A DNA stretch of 40,250 nt from Candidatus Korobacteraceae bacterium (GCA_049519515.1 JBEKQR010000001.1:1-40250); one strand, 5' to 3'; counted from the first letter of the stretch, positions 1 to 8,292 are shown. Notes: a model not told the origin generated them from the sequence alone. Made by a program: numbers and translations.

Positions 1-2
1 CA

Positions 3-242
3 GGCGAACTCATCAACCAGAGCGGCCAGATCGTCAATATCCCCCACGTGCTTGCCACCTACTACGACAATGCCGGGCGCGTGATCTGGGTGTCCGACGG
101 CTACGTGAGCCACGCCCTGCTGCCCCAGACCCCGTTGCCGTTTTCAGTGGATGTGCCCGGCGAAGTGGTGGATAACGTCCACAGCTACCGCGTCACCGTA
201 AACCAGTACAGCCTGAATGCGAGCACCGCCAGGAGGCAGTAA
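3..242 (+). CDS. 3' end of a gene starting upstream of the window; product unknown
   Basis: Frame of the 48..242 ORF stays open back to the window edge. TAA stop (240-242) overlaps the ATG of the next gene (TAATG). Confidence 0.5.
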   Translation, partial: GELINQSGQIVNIPHVLATYYDNAGRVIWVSDGYVSHALLPQTPLPFSVDVPGEVVDNVHSYRVTVNQYSLNASTARRQ

Positions 243-1093
243 TGAGGAGACCGGTTTCGCTTCTCGCCCTTGTCCTGGCAGGCTCGTGCTGGCTGGCCGG
301 GGCCACCTTACAGCTCCCGGAGCAGGTCACAGCCGGTCAGGGATTCTCAGTTCAGACCAGCGGCAGCGGCTCCTCGACCCTGTACCTGTTCGGCCCGGCA
401 GCGGCCTCGAAGCACAAAGTCAAGCTGGGGACCGCAGTTGAGATCGAGGGCAACGAAGTGGCTGCCGCCGGACGCTATGCGCTGGTGCTGGATGGCGCCT
501 CGACGAGTTTCTTCGTCAGCCCAGGTCCGGTCTCAAGCCTGGCCTTCATTGCGCGGCCCTCGCGTGTGCCGGCGGCCAAGCAGGACGTGGTGAGCGGTAC
601 CGCCTTTTTGCTTGATCGCAACCAGAACCTGGTCCTCTCGCCCCAAACCGTGACCTTTACGCTGACGGTTCCGGGCGCGCCTGACGTGCAGCGCACGGAG
701 CAGTCTCGCGGCGGGGTTGCCTGGACGCGGCTCGACTCCAGCCGGCGCGCGGGCGCGGCCCAGTTTGTGGCCCGCGCGGGAGACGCTTCGGTGCGGCGCG
801 TGGTGCAGGAGGTTGCCGGTGAACCGTGCAACATCCGCATGAGCGCTCAGCGCGGCAATGGCGGCACGATCCTGGTGCAAACCGATCCCATCCACGATTG
901 CGCCGGCAATCCGGTTCCCGACGGCACGATCGTTACCTTCACCTCCGTCGACGGCAGCGGGCGCAATACGGTCGACGCCCGCATCAAGCGCGGAATCGCG
1001 CAGGCTGAATTGCCGGGTTCGGCAAGCGCCAGCATCTCCGTGGCGGCCGGGGTGGTTGTGGGAAACGAAATTCACTGGGGAGGTGGACGCTGA
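242..1093 (+). CDS. secreted protein with bacterial Ig-like (Big/invasin-type) repeats, function unknown
   Basis: Signal-peptide-like N-terminus MRRPVSLLALVLAGSCWLAGA. AGGAGG lies 6 nt upstream of the ATG. Beta-rich segments such as GTIVTFTSVDGSG...AQAELPGSASASISVAAG resemble Big-type domains (by eye). TGATG overlap with the next gene. Confidence 0.6.
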   Translation: MRRPVSLLALVLAGSCWLAGATLQLPEQVTAGQGFSVQTSGSGSSTLYLFGPAAASKHKVKLGTAVEIEGNEVAAAGRYALVLDGASTSFFVSPGPVSSLAFIARPSRVPAAKQDVVSGTAFLLDRNQNLVLSPQTVTFTLTVPGAPDVQRTEQSRGGVAWTRLDSSRRAGAAQFVARAGDASVRRVVQEVAGEPCNIRMSAQRGNGGTILVQTDPIHDCAGNPVPDGTIVTFTSVDGSGRNTVDARIKRGIAQAELPGSASASISVAAGVVVGNEIHWGGGR

Positions 1094-1620
1094 TGCGGCT
1101 GCGCACAGGTAGATTGCTGCTGCTGGGGCTGCTGGCAGGCATGGTGGCTGCCTCGCTTCCGCGCTCGCTGCGGGCGGCTGAAAGCGGATTTTCGGTGAGC
1201 ATCGACGCTTCCCATGCGCAGCCCCGGCAGGTCGAGGAAGCCACCGTGGCCGTCCTGCAACGCGATTACGGGCTGGCCTGGCGGACGATGGCCAAAGCCC
1301 TGGAGGAAAACCGCCCCGAGCTGCTCAACGCGGCCTTCGTTGGCATAGCCAAGGACAAGCTGACGCAGGCCATCAGCAACCAGGCCAGCAACGGGCTAAG
1401 GCGGCGCTATATAGATCGCGGACATACGGTGCGGGTCGTTTTCTACTCTATAGATGGCTCGGCGATCGAGATGCACGATACCGCCAGGATCGAAATCCAG
1501 TTGCTGGACGGCGACAAGGTCGTGCACAGCGAGAAGGCGACCATGTTCTACGTCGCCCTCATGTCGCCGGCCGAAAACAGTTGGAAGGTGCGGGCACTGC
1601 AAAGCGTTCCGGGGTTCTGA
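1093..1620 (+). CDS. secreted hypothetical protein
   Basis: Hydrophobic signal-like N-terminus (LLLLGLLAGMVAASLP). GGAGGTGG upstream. Start overlaps the previous stop (TGATG). Followed by a strong terminator. Confidence 0.6.
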   Translation: MRLRTGRLLLLGLLAGMVAASLPRSLRAAESGFSVSIDASHAQPRQVEEATVAVLQRDYGLAWRTMAKALEENRPELLNAAFVGIAKDKLTQAISNQASNGLRRRYIDRGHTVRVVFYSIDGSAIEMHDTARIEIQLLDGDKVVHSEKATMFYVALMSPAENSWKVRALQSVPGF

Positions 1621-1646
1621 GCGGGGAGTCTACCGCTACACACCAA

Positions 1647-1678
1647 AAGCCGGACCCGAAGGTCCGGCTTCTCTTTTT
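1647..1678. terminator. bidirectional rho-independent terminator between convergent genes
   Basis: AAGCCGGACC-cgaa-GGTCCGGCTT, a perfect 10-bp stem with tetraloop. Flanked by AAAA on the left and CTCTTTTT on the right, so it carries a U-tract on either strand. Confidence 0.85.
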
Positions 1679-1696
1679 GTATCCCTCGTATTTGAA

Positions 1697-2230
1697 CTAT
1701 GCCGAGAGCGTGTTGCGGGCCGTCTTGCCCTTGAGCAGTTCAACCGTTGCCGGAATGCCGAAAAACACGGCCGTGAACAGCAGGTCGGAGACCGCGGTGT
1801 TGCGGAAGAACGGAACCGCCGCGGCGTAGCAGGCCAGCAGACCGTTCAGCGTCCGTGGATACATCTCCCAGGCCGCCCACACAGCCAAGTTGCTCAGCAG
1901 GAAAAACGAGAGGGATGCCGCCAGCGAAGCGCCGCCTATGCGCAGCACGCTGGCCCGTCCCTGCAGCAGGCTGCCCAGCAGAACGATAGCCAGGTACCAG
2001 GCCCAGATCACTATCTGATCGGCGCGCCACGGGTAGCCGTACACATGGAGGGTCAGCAGGACATCGCTGAACATCAGGGCCGCCACCGGCACCCACGCCT
2101 GGCGGCGCGGCATGCGCGAGCCGAAGAACAGGAGCGAAGCGGCCACTGGGGCGAAATTAAATGCCGAAGCCTGCATCAGCAGGCGGAATACGACGGCGAA
2201 CAGCACGAACAGGTACGCCAACATGGTCAC
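1697..2230 (-). CDS. small polytopic membrane protein (about 5-6 TM; resembles DUF6580-type proteins)
   Basis: 177-aa ORF, almost entirely hydrophobic helices. The N-terminal pattern ...FNFAPVAASLLFFG... recalls the DUF6580 family (recollection only). Confidence 0.6.
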   Translation of the reverse strand: MTMLAYLFVLFAVVFRLLMQASAFNFAPVAASLLFFGSRMPRRQAWVPVAALMFSDVLLTLHVYGYPWRADQIVIWAWYLAIVLLGSLLQGRASVLRIGGASLAASLSFFLLSNLAVWAAWEMYPRTLNGLLACYAAAVPFFRNTAVSDLLFTAVFFGIPATVELLKGKTARNTLSA

Positions 2231-2367
2231 CTCTTCTCTCTTCCTGGTGACGACTCATTGTCCCGCTTGTCGCCACGCACCAGTGTTTATGATTCTTGCG
2301 CCGCGCGCGCCTGCCGTCAAGTGCGTCACCTGCGAGTCAATAGCAGAGGCGCTCCAGCTCTAACCCG

Positions 2368-3477
2368 TCACCGCTCTTCTCCTCCGACCGGCGAGCCGGC
2401 CTGGAAGCCGGTCGCCAGGCTAGCTGCCCGGCCGAAACCGGCATCTTCCGCCTGCAGAGCCGGCGAGAGCAGGACGTAGGCCGACAGCGCCGTGCGCCGC
2501 GAATCCGGGTACATGAACCGCAGATCGCGAAATCGCACCAGGTAGCCCGGCTCGTTTCCACCGAGGCGCTCGGTTTCCACCAGCGGATATTGCGCCCAGT
2601 TCAGATACACCTGGCCCAATCGGGTGTCATCGGCGGCCCTGCTTGCCGGCGTCGGCTCGGGCTTTCGGTAGACGCGCGCGCGTCCTTGAGGATCAACTGC
2701 CGGAGCCAGCGAGTCGACGTACATCGCCGTGTAACTGTCGCCCGTGTCCACCAGGCCATACCAGGCGAAAGGGTTCACCATGTAGGGAAAAGCGGAGACG
2801 CGCACGGGCACGCGCCCGTGATATTCGAGCGCCTCGATGGCGTATACTGCCCGGCGATGCTCGTAGTCGCGCACTGCCCACAGCGCCGCCATCAACACCA
2901 GAGCTACGATGGCGCCCAAGCGGCCACGCGGGCCCCTGGAACGCGCCCCAATCTCCCGGTTGATCAGCGCAAACAGCGCGGGCAGAGTCAGACCTGCGAT
3001 CAGGAACAGCAGCAGCAGGGGTTCCACGATAAAGACGATGTCCCAGGAGTACCATTTTGGCCACCAGGGCCAGAGCGGACGCAGACCATAGCTGTTGGTG
3101 AAATCAAGCAGCAAGTGACTGTATCCCGCGATGCAGGCGAACAGGTAAAGCAATCCCCAGCGCGGCCGGGCTGCGGGGTCTGCCGCCTTTGCGTCTGCCG
3201 CGTTGGGAGACGAGTGTGGGCGCTTGCGTGGCCAGAAACGATAGACGGTGAACACAACCGCGATCACCAGCGCCGCCACCAGCGGAATGCCCCAAATGGT
3301 GTGCGTCGCCCCACGATGGCAGGCAAAACCCGTGACGGAGCCCTTCGCGTAGGCCGCCCAATCGATGTCCGGAGCCTCCGCCGCCAGCGTCATGGTGACC
3401 GTGGCAAGCGCGGTCTTGCGGTTGAACCCGGAGCGTGCCAGGCAGGCTCCGGTGAGAAAGTGCGTGACCGGTTCCAT
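2368..3477 (-). CDS. membrane-bound metal-dependent hydrolase, YdjM/DUF457 family (long form)
   Basis: MEPVTHFLTGACLARSG...EAPDIDW...HRGATHT is the YdjM-type signature, followed by several TM helices. The ORF-track start at 3525 would translate the CCCTA-type repeat, so ATG 3477 is preferred. Confidence 0.7.
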   Translation of the reverse strand: MEPVTHFLTGACLARSGFNRKTALATVTMTLAAEAPDIDWAAYAKGSVTGFACHRGATHTIWGIPLVAALVIAVVFTVYRFWPRKRPHSSPNAADAKAADPAARPRWGLLYLFACIAGYSHLLLDFTNSYGLRPLWPWWPKWYSWDIVFIVEPLLLLFLIAGLTLPALFALINREIGARSRGPRGRLGAIVALVLMAALWAVRDYEHRRAVYAIEALEYHGRVPVRVSAFPYMVNPFAWYGLVDTGDSYTAMYVDSLAPAVDPQGRARVYRKPEPTPASRAADDTRLGQVYLNWAQYPLVETERLGGNEPGYLVRFRDLRFMYPDSRRTALSAYVLLSPALQAEDAGFGRAASLATGFQAGSPVGGEER

Positions 3478-3488
3478 GCTTATAAGCA

Positions 3489-3597
3489 AGGGATTAGGGA
3501 TGAGGGAGTAGTGATTAGAAGTCAAGAACCTGTTCCACGACTTCTCTAATCGCTCATCGCTGATCCCTATTCCCTAAACCCTATTCCCTACCCCCTG
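3489..3597. repeat. CCCTA-rich imperfect palindromic (REP-like) element
   Basis: Left arm is GGGATTAGGGATGAGGGAGTAGTGATTAG. Central perfect stem AGAAGTC (3517-3523) pairs with GACTTCT (3539-3545). Right arm is CTAATCGCTCATCGCTGATCCCTATTCCCTAAACCCTATTCCCTACCCCC. The arms are about 17/23 complementary. Confidence 0.7.
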
Positions 3598-4552
3598 GCG
3601 GCGGCATCAGCAGGGTGAGCGCGCGCGGCACGATGGCAATCTCAGCCGGCATGCCGTTCAGCACCTCTCCATCCGCCTGCGCCCGAATGCCGGCCGTGGA
3701 AACGCCGGCCAGGGCGCGACAACGAACGCACAGCGCCCGGGTGAACTCGACGGTTGGCGGCTGTCCTGCCGAGTCCGGCGCGGCCCCGCGCACGATGGCC
3801 GAAACCGCGTAACGAAACAGCGCCCAGCGGCTGCACGGCTTCACCGTGACCAGTTGCAGGTAATCGCGGTCCAGCGCTCCCCCCGGACGCCAGCGGCTCA
3901 GCCACTTGCCGAACGAACGCACGCGCATGGCCACCACTTCCAGCACCTGCTCGCAGCGCACCGAGCCGTCCGGCAGCACGATCTCGACAGCGAAGGGAAC
4001 AAACTGGTGCAGGAAGATCCGCGAAAACCCGGCAATATAGTATGTGGCAAACCCGCCATGCTGCTTGCTGCGCGCGCTGGCGTCGTAGATCAGCCCGGCA
4101 TGAGCGCCAATTCCCGCGGCCACCGAAAAATAGGTCGGTTGCCCGCCTGGCCAGCCGAGTTGCCCGGCGGCCACGCGGCGCGGCGCGTAGCTTAGCACCG
4201 CGCGGGCCGCGGCTTGCACGTCCATGGGAAGCCCCAGATCGTTGGCCAGAACGTTGGCTGTTCCCAGGGGCAGGACGCCCAGGGCGACTTGTTCCGGGCC
4301 GTGCACCATGCCTTGCAGCACGTCGTAAACCGTGCCATCGCCGCCGCAGGCAAAGATGGCGTCGAAGCCGCGGGCCATGGCCGCCCGGGCTTGCTTCCCT
4401 CCCTCTCCGGCGGCGCGGGTGGCTTCGAGCTCGACCTCGACGCCGGCGGAACGAAAGACCTGGGCCGCGGCCAGCAGCGCGGCTTCCTGCCTGCGGTGCG
4501 CGCGGCCCGCCATTGGGTTATACAGCAGCAGTGCTTGGCGAAAGGATGGCAT
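3581..4552 (-). CDS. diacylglycerol/lipid kinase family protein (YegS/BmrU type)
   Basis: Motifs LLYNPMAGR, FACGGDGTV and GVLPLGTANVLA of the DAGK catalytic domain. Start overlaps the mogA stop (TGATG). Confidence 0.8.
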   Translation of the reverse strand: MPSFRQALLLYNPMAGRAHRRQEAALLAAAQVFRSAGVEVELEATRAAGEGGKQARAAMARGFDAIFACGGDGTVYDVLQGMVHGPEQVALGVLPLGTANVLANDLGLPMDVQAAARAVLSYAPRRVAAGQLGWPGGQPTYFSVAAGIGAHAGLIYDASARSKQHGGFATYYIAGFSRIFLHQFVPFAVEIVLPDGSVRCEQVLEVVAMRVRSFGKWLSRWRPGGALDRDYLQLVTVKPCSRWALFRYAVSAIVRGAAPDSAGQPPTVEFTRALCVRCRALAGVSTAGIRAQADGEVLNGMPAEIAIVPRALTLLMPPPGGRE

Positions 4553-5031
4553 CAGGCGGAGTGCGCGGTATGGCCGCGCAGCAAGTCGAGGGCATGCGGC
4601 AATAGGCCAAAAACGGCGGAGAGAGATTCGACCGCCCCCTTGGGACTGCCGGGCACGTTCAGGATCAGCGAGCGTCCGCGAATGCCGCAGAGCCCGCGGC
4701 TCAGGGCGGCAAGCGGGGTTTTCTTCGCGCCCTCGGCGCGCATGCGCTCGGAGACGCCCTCGACCAGGCGCGTGCAGACGCCGCGCGTAGCCTCGGGCGT
4801 AACGTCGCGGGCGGCGATCCCCGTGCCTCCCGTGGTCACCACCAGTTCGGCGGTAGCGCAGTGCCGGATCAGCATCGCCTGGATCTGCTCGACCTCATCG
4901 GGCACTATCTCCACGGCCACGACCTGGAAGCCATTAGCCTCCAGGAACTGCCGCAGCGCCGGGCCGCTCGAATCCACGCTCTCGCCGCGCGAGCAGCGAT
5001 CGCTAACGGTGATCACCGCTGCCTTAGGCAT
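4552..5031 (-). CDS. mogA: molybdopterin adenylyltransferase, MogA/MoaB family
   Basis: 159 aa. AAVITVSDR..., VVTTGGTGIAARDVTPEA and NVPGSPKGA are typical MoCF-biosynthesis (MogA) motifs. Confidence 0.8.
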   Translation of the reverse strand: MPKAAVITVSDRCSRGESVDSSGPALRQFLEANGFQVVAVEIVPDEVEQIQAMLIRHCATAELVVTTGGTGIAARDVTPEATRGVCTRLVEGVSERMRAEGAKKTPLAALSRGLCGIRGRSLILNVPGSPKGAVESLSAVFGLLPHALDLLRGHTAHSA

Positions 5032-5037
5032 AAATGT

Positions 5038-5532
5038 TTATTTGCTCCGCCTCGGCTGCTTTCGCGACCCGCGCTTATAAGAGCCGCTTTTGCCGCCCGT
5101 CTTGCTCTCCAGGACAACTTCACGGATTTCGATCCCCTTATCCAAAGCTTTGCACATGTCGTAAACCGTCAGGGCGGCGACGGACGCCGCCGTCATGGCT
5201 TCCATCTCTACCCCGGTCACGGCGGTGGTGCTGGCCGAAGCGCGAATGCGGACGCCATTCTCGCACAGCTCGATATCGACGGCAACGTGGGAGAGCGGAA
5301 TCGGATGGCACATCGGCACCAGCTCCGAGGTGCGCTTGGCGGCCATGATTCCCGCCACCCGCGCTACCTCCAGGGGATCGCCCTTGGGATTGCGCGGCAG
5401 GGCCGCCAGCACATCAGGACTCATGCGGACCATGGCCGTGGCTACTGCCGTGCGCTTGCTGGCCGTCTTGCCGGAGACATCCACCATGCGCGCGCGTCCG
5501 CGGTTATCGTAATGGGAGAGCTTCTGCGCCAT
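5038..5532 (-). CDS. moaC: cyclic pyranopterin monophosphate synthase MoaC
   Basis: From the internal ATG at 5532: [22 protein letters not shown]...[11 protein letters not shown]...[24 protein letters not shown], the canonical MoaC sequence. The upstream 119 codons of the ORF-track ORF are low-complexity and not MoaC-like. Confidence 0.85.
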   Translation of the reverse strand: MAQKLSHYDNRGRARMVDVSGKTASKRTAVATAMVRMSPDVLAALPRNPKGDPLEVARVAGIMAAKRTSELVPMCHPIPLSHVAVDIELCENGVRIRASASTTAVTGVEMEAMTAASVAALTVYDMCKALDKGIEIREVVLESKTGGKSGSYKRGSRKQPRRSK

Positions 5533-5771
5533 GCAAACAGTTTCAAGTTTCGAGTCAAGAGTTTCAAGTTGAAAAAATAATTTCCGATTGGCAGCCTGGA
5601 GCCGTGAAGCCCGAGAACTGCCCCATCTATGACGCAGATCGGCGTTGTCAAGCTGGTTTTTGTCTGCGCCACGATCAATTTTGGGAACACGACGACGCCC
5701 GAGCCGAGAACTGCTTTTTCTCTTCCCCAGCGTTTTTGTTTTTGTCTTTCGTCGCTGCCGACCAAGGCTCG

Positions 5772-5933
5772 CGTCTCTAATCGTTACGATGGAACCACCC
5801 GGTTCCACCAGCCATCTATTCGATCCCGCAAGGGGACCATGATTAACCGATCCGAACTCCCGCCCAGTGACGGGAGGCAGGGTGCTCAATCACTACAATC
5901 GAGGATCAACTTCACCCCAGTGGGGCAGTCGGC
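5772..5933 (-). ncRNA. candidate IS110-family bridge/seek RNA (3' non-coding tail of the IS)
   Basis: About 160 nt between the transposase stop and the inner edge of the IR, with no plausible ORF and dense with hairpins. Examples: TGGAACC-N4-GGTTCCA at 5790-5807, CTCCCG-N8-CGGGAG at 5857-5876, CCCC-N3-GGGG at 5915-5925. Confidence 0.35.
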
Positions 5934-6953
5934 TTACCCTGCATGCGAACCGGACCCGAACATGGCCCCATAATCGAGTCCGCGAATCCACATCCACCAC
6001 AAGCGCACCGCCAGCTTGCGCGCCACCGCTATGGTGGCAATCTGCCGATTCTTCTTCATGGCCAGGCGCCGCCAGCAGCGCCCCAACTCCGGCTCGTGCC
6101 GTACCGCAATGTGGGCCGCCTCGGCCAGCAAGCCCCGCAACAGGGCGTTACCTTGCTTGCTGATTCGCCCTAGCCGTTGCTTGCCGCCACTGCTCGCCTC
6201 CTGGGGAATCAACCCCAGATAACTGGCCAGGTGCCGGCCAGAGGCAAAGCGCTGTGGATCCCCAATGGTCAGCACGAACGTCAGCGCCGTCACTTCGCCT
6301 ACTCCCGGATGAGTCATCAACCGCTGCACTTGCTCCCCGGCCGCCTGATCCCTGACCGCCTGGTCCAGCGGTCGGCCCAGTTCGCACAGTTGATCGTGCA
6401 ACTGCAGCAACTCCTGTCGCCGCCGTCCTGCCCAGGGCAGTAGCGGCAGCGCCTGCAACTCGGCCCGCCCCGCCCGACTCCACAGCTTCTTCTTCTGACA
6501 CAGCCCCTGGTTCATCGCCAGCGCCTGCAACTGGTTCTTTACCCGGGTGCGCATCTGCACCAGCCGATGCCGATGCAGCACCAGTTGCCGCAAGTCCCGT
6601 TCCACCAAGCTCGGCCGCCACACCCGCGGAAAACGCTCCTCCCACAACAGCTTCAGAATGTGCTCAGCATCGCGGCTGTCGGTCTTCTGCTTGCGTACCA
6701 TCTGGGCACGAATCTCGGCCGGATCCCCGGTCCATAACTCGTGCCCCAGTTCTCCCAGCAGCCGCTCGAACCACAAGCTCTGCCCGCTGGCCTCTATGCC
6801 TACTCGTACCCTTTGGCCCACCAGACGGCGATAAAACCGTTCTGCCTCCCCGTCGGCGTGCTCCAGACGAGCCGTGCCATACTCGCCTGTATCGCTGTTG
6901 ACAAAAGCAATTTGCTGAAACCTCGGGTGGTAATCACAGCCTATAATCCACAT
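5934..6953 (-). CDS. IS110-family DEDD transposase/recombinase
   Basis: 339 aa. N-terminal MWIIGCDYH...VGIEASG...D segment (RuvC-like DEDD). C-terminal HPGVGEVTALTF...LASYLGLIPQEASSGGKQRLGRISKQGNALLR segment (Transposase_20-like). GGAGGAAGG precedes the ATG. Confidence 0.9.
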   Translation of the reverse strand: MWIIGCDYHPRFQQIAFVNSDTGEYGTARLEHADGEAERFYRRLVGQRVRVGIEASGQSLWFERLLGELGHELWTGDPAEIRAQMVRKQKTDSRDAEHILKLLWEERFPRVWRPSLVERDLRQLVLHRHRLVQMRTRVKNQLQALAMNQGLCQKKKLWSRAGRAELQALPLLPWAGRRRQELLQLHDQLCELGRPLDQAVRDQAAGEQVQRLMTHPGVGEVTALTFVLTIGDPQRFASGRHLASYLGLIPQEASSGGKQRLGRISKQGNALLRGLLAEAAHIAVRHEPELGRCWRRLAMKKNRQIATIAVARKLAVRLWWMWIRGLDYGAMFGSGSHAG

Positions 6954-7036
6954 GATCGGTTCCTTCCTCCCGAGCCTTGGTCTTGTTCAGCGACAACCAA
7001 TGTACTCGGGTCGAGGAGCCGATCGCGTCATGAAAT

Positions 7037-7063
7037 CACTCAAGCCAACAACCGGCTTGAGTG
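7037..7063 (-). terminator. hairpin downstream of the dehydrogenase gene (possible terminator)
   Basis: CACTCAAGCC-N7-GGCTTGAGTG, a perfect 10-bp stem. On the minus strand it is followed by ATTTCAT (weak U-tract). It lies 75 nt past the 7137 stop and just outside the IS repeat. Confidence 0.35.
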
Positions 7064-7098
7064 GGCCACCCACCTGAAAAGCGAAAATCAGAAATATG

Positions 7099-7136
7099 CT
7101 CCCTACCCTATTCCCTATTCCCTAATCCCTACTCCC
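7099..7136. repeat. half copy of the CCCTA-rich repeat
   Basis: CTCCCTACCCTATTCCCTATTCCCTAATCCCTACTCCC abuts the stop codon of the 7137..8096 gene. It has the same CCCTAWW periodicity as 3563-3597. Confidence 0.6.
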
Positions 7137-8096
7137 TTACTTCTTCGGCGACAGGCCGTCCCAGACCTCTACATTTTCCGGCTTGATCTCGATGCCCGAG
7201 CAGTGCGCCTGAAATTCGAGCAGCGTGGCAAAGTCCTTGTCGATATACCCTCCGCCCTTCAGTACGGCATATCCCATGTGCGCTTGCAGGACGTCCCTGG
7301 CGACGGCGCTGGTGGGCATGGGAACGTCGAGCTTCTTACCCAGCGCCAGTCCCAGGTCAAGATCCTTGCGCAGCAGGACCGGGGTGAAGGTCGGGGTGAA
7401 GTCGAGGTTTACATACGCCGGCCCCTTGTAGCGGGTGAAAACCGAGCCCATTACGCTGGCGTTCATGAAAGCCAGGAAGGCGGAGCGGGGCAGGCCCGCT
7501 TTTTCCGCCAGGATTACGATCTCCGCCATGTTCTGGGCCACTACGCCCAGCATGACGTTGTGGCAAATCTTGGCGATCCGCGCCAGCTCGCCTTCCCCCA
7601 CGTAGCTGACGCCCGCTTGCGCGAACATGCTGATGTAAGGACCCGCTTCTGCAAAGGCATCCTTGGGACCGGAGGCGACGGCGCTGAGCTTACCGGCCCT
7701 TACGACCTTGGCGTTGCCACTGACCGGACACGCCAGGAACTTGCAGTCCATGCTCGCCAGCTTCTGCCTGACCTCGGCCGAGGCTTCGATGGAGACCGAG
7801 GTGCAGTCCACCAGGATACGAGGCGCCTTTCCGGCGGAGACCAGACCCTTGGGGCCGATGGTCACCTCTTTGAAATCGTCGGATGCTGCCACCATGGTGA
7901 AAACGATGTCGCATCCCGCCAACTCCGCCGGCGAGTTCACCACCTTGGCTCCGACAGCCGCCAGCGGCTCGGCCTTTGAGCGCGTGCGGTTCCAAACCGC
8001 CAGCTTGCACCCCGCTTTGGCCAGGCACTCCGACATGGCATATCCCATACGGCCGCATCCGATCCAGCCGATAGCGTGCTTGTTCTGTGTCTGCAT
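7137..8096 (-). CDS. NAD(P)-dependent oxidoreductase, 3-hydroxyisobutyrate dehydrogenase (HIBADH/6PGDH NAD-binding) family
   Basis: N-terminal Rossmann motif IGWIGCGRMGYAM. The family's central GxGxxAKxxxN-like block is GEGELARIAKICHN. Confidence 0.8.
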   Translation of the reverse strand: MQTQNKHAIGWIGCGRMGYAMSECLAKAGCKLAVWNRTRSKAEPLAAVGAKVVNSPAELAGCDIVFTMVAASDDFKEVTIGPKGLVSAGKAPRILVDCTSVSIEASAEVRQKLASMDCKFLACPVSGNAKVVRAGKLSAVASGPKDAFAEAGPYISMFAQAGVSYVGEGELARIAKICHNVMLGVVAQNMAEIVILAEKAGLPRSAFLAFMNASVMGSVFTRYKGPAYVNLDFTPTFTPVLLRKDLDLGLALGKKLDVPMPTSAVARDVLQAHMGYAVLKGGGYIDKDFATLLEFQAHCSGIEIKPENVEVWDGLSPKK

Positions 8097-8216
8097 TCAG
8101 GCTCTCTCCCATCTTTAGTCTTTGGCTTGGTATTCTCCAGCGGTATCGCTCAGGCAAGTATATGGAAACAGTGGGGGCCAATATACCACAAGCTTCCGCG
8201 ACCGCACGCCGCAACC

Positions 8217-8292
8217 TGCTCCTGAGCGGCTCTGCAGGAGACGCGAAGCACCCTCATATAGTCACTACGCTTCGCACCGTGTCGAGTTTCCT
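8217..8292. repeat. partial copy of repeat family B (left half only)
   Basis: TGCTCCTGAGCGGCTCTGCAGGAGACGCGAAGCACCCTCAT...GAGTTTCCT aligns at roughly 80% with 18504-18579. Confidence 0.6.

Larger units (their letters stand above)
5751..6994 (-). mobile_element. IS110-family (IS1111-subgroup-like) insertion sequence; ends uncertain by tens of bp
   Basis: DEDD-type transposase ORF flanked by the inverted repeat GACCAAGGCTCG (5760-5771 / 6971-6982). The repeat is extended by GTCGCTG / CAGCGAC (5751-5757 / 6988-6994). Confidence 0.7.

Noticed and set aside
3478-3525. N-terminal extensions offered by the ORF track. Examples: YdjM-like 3525, moaC 5889, DsrK-like 16534, RR 9092, hydantoinase-like 28381, HU 29668, FAD protein 32700, YceI 33830, YjiG-like 22399.
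   Set aside because: The extensions translate repeat or promoter DNA or overlap the upstream gene. Internal starts have proper SD sequences and match the expected family N-termini.
5774-5783. The 10-mer TCTCTAATCG is shared between the IS 3' tail and the CCCTA-type palindrome (3544-3553), which tempted me to read it as guide-target complementarity.
   Set aside because: A 10-mer match between a ~100-nt region and both strands of a 40-kb window is expected several times by chance. Similarity does not extend beyond it.
5533-5900. Possible Moco riboswitch upstream of moaC.
   Set aside because: I could not recognise the conserved Moco-motif core on the correct (minus) strand from memory. A CCGAGCC-like string occurs only on the plus strand. 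It remains a suggested Rfam check, not a call.
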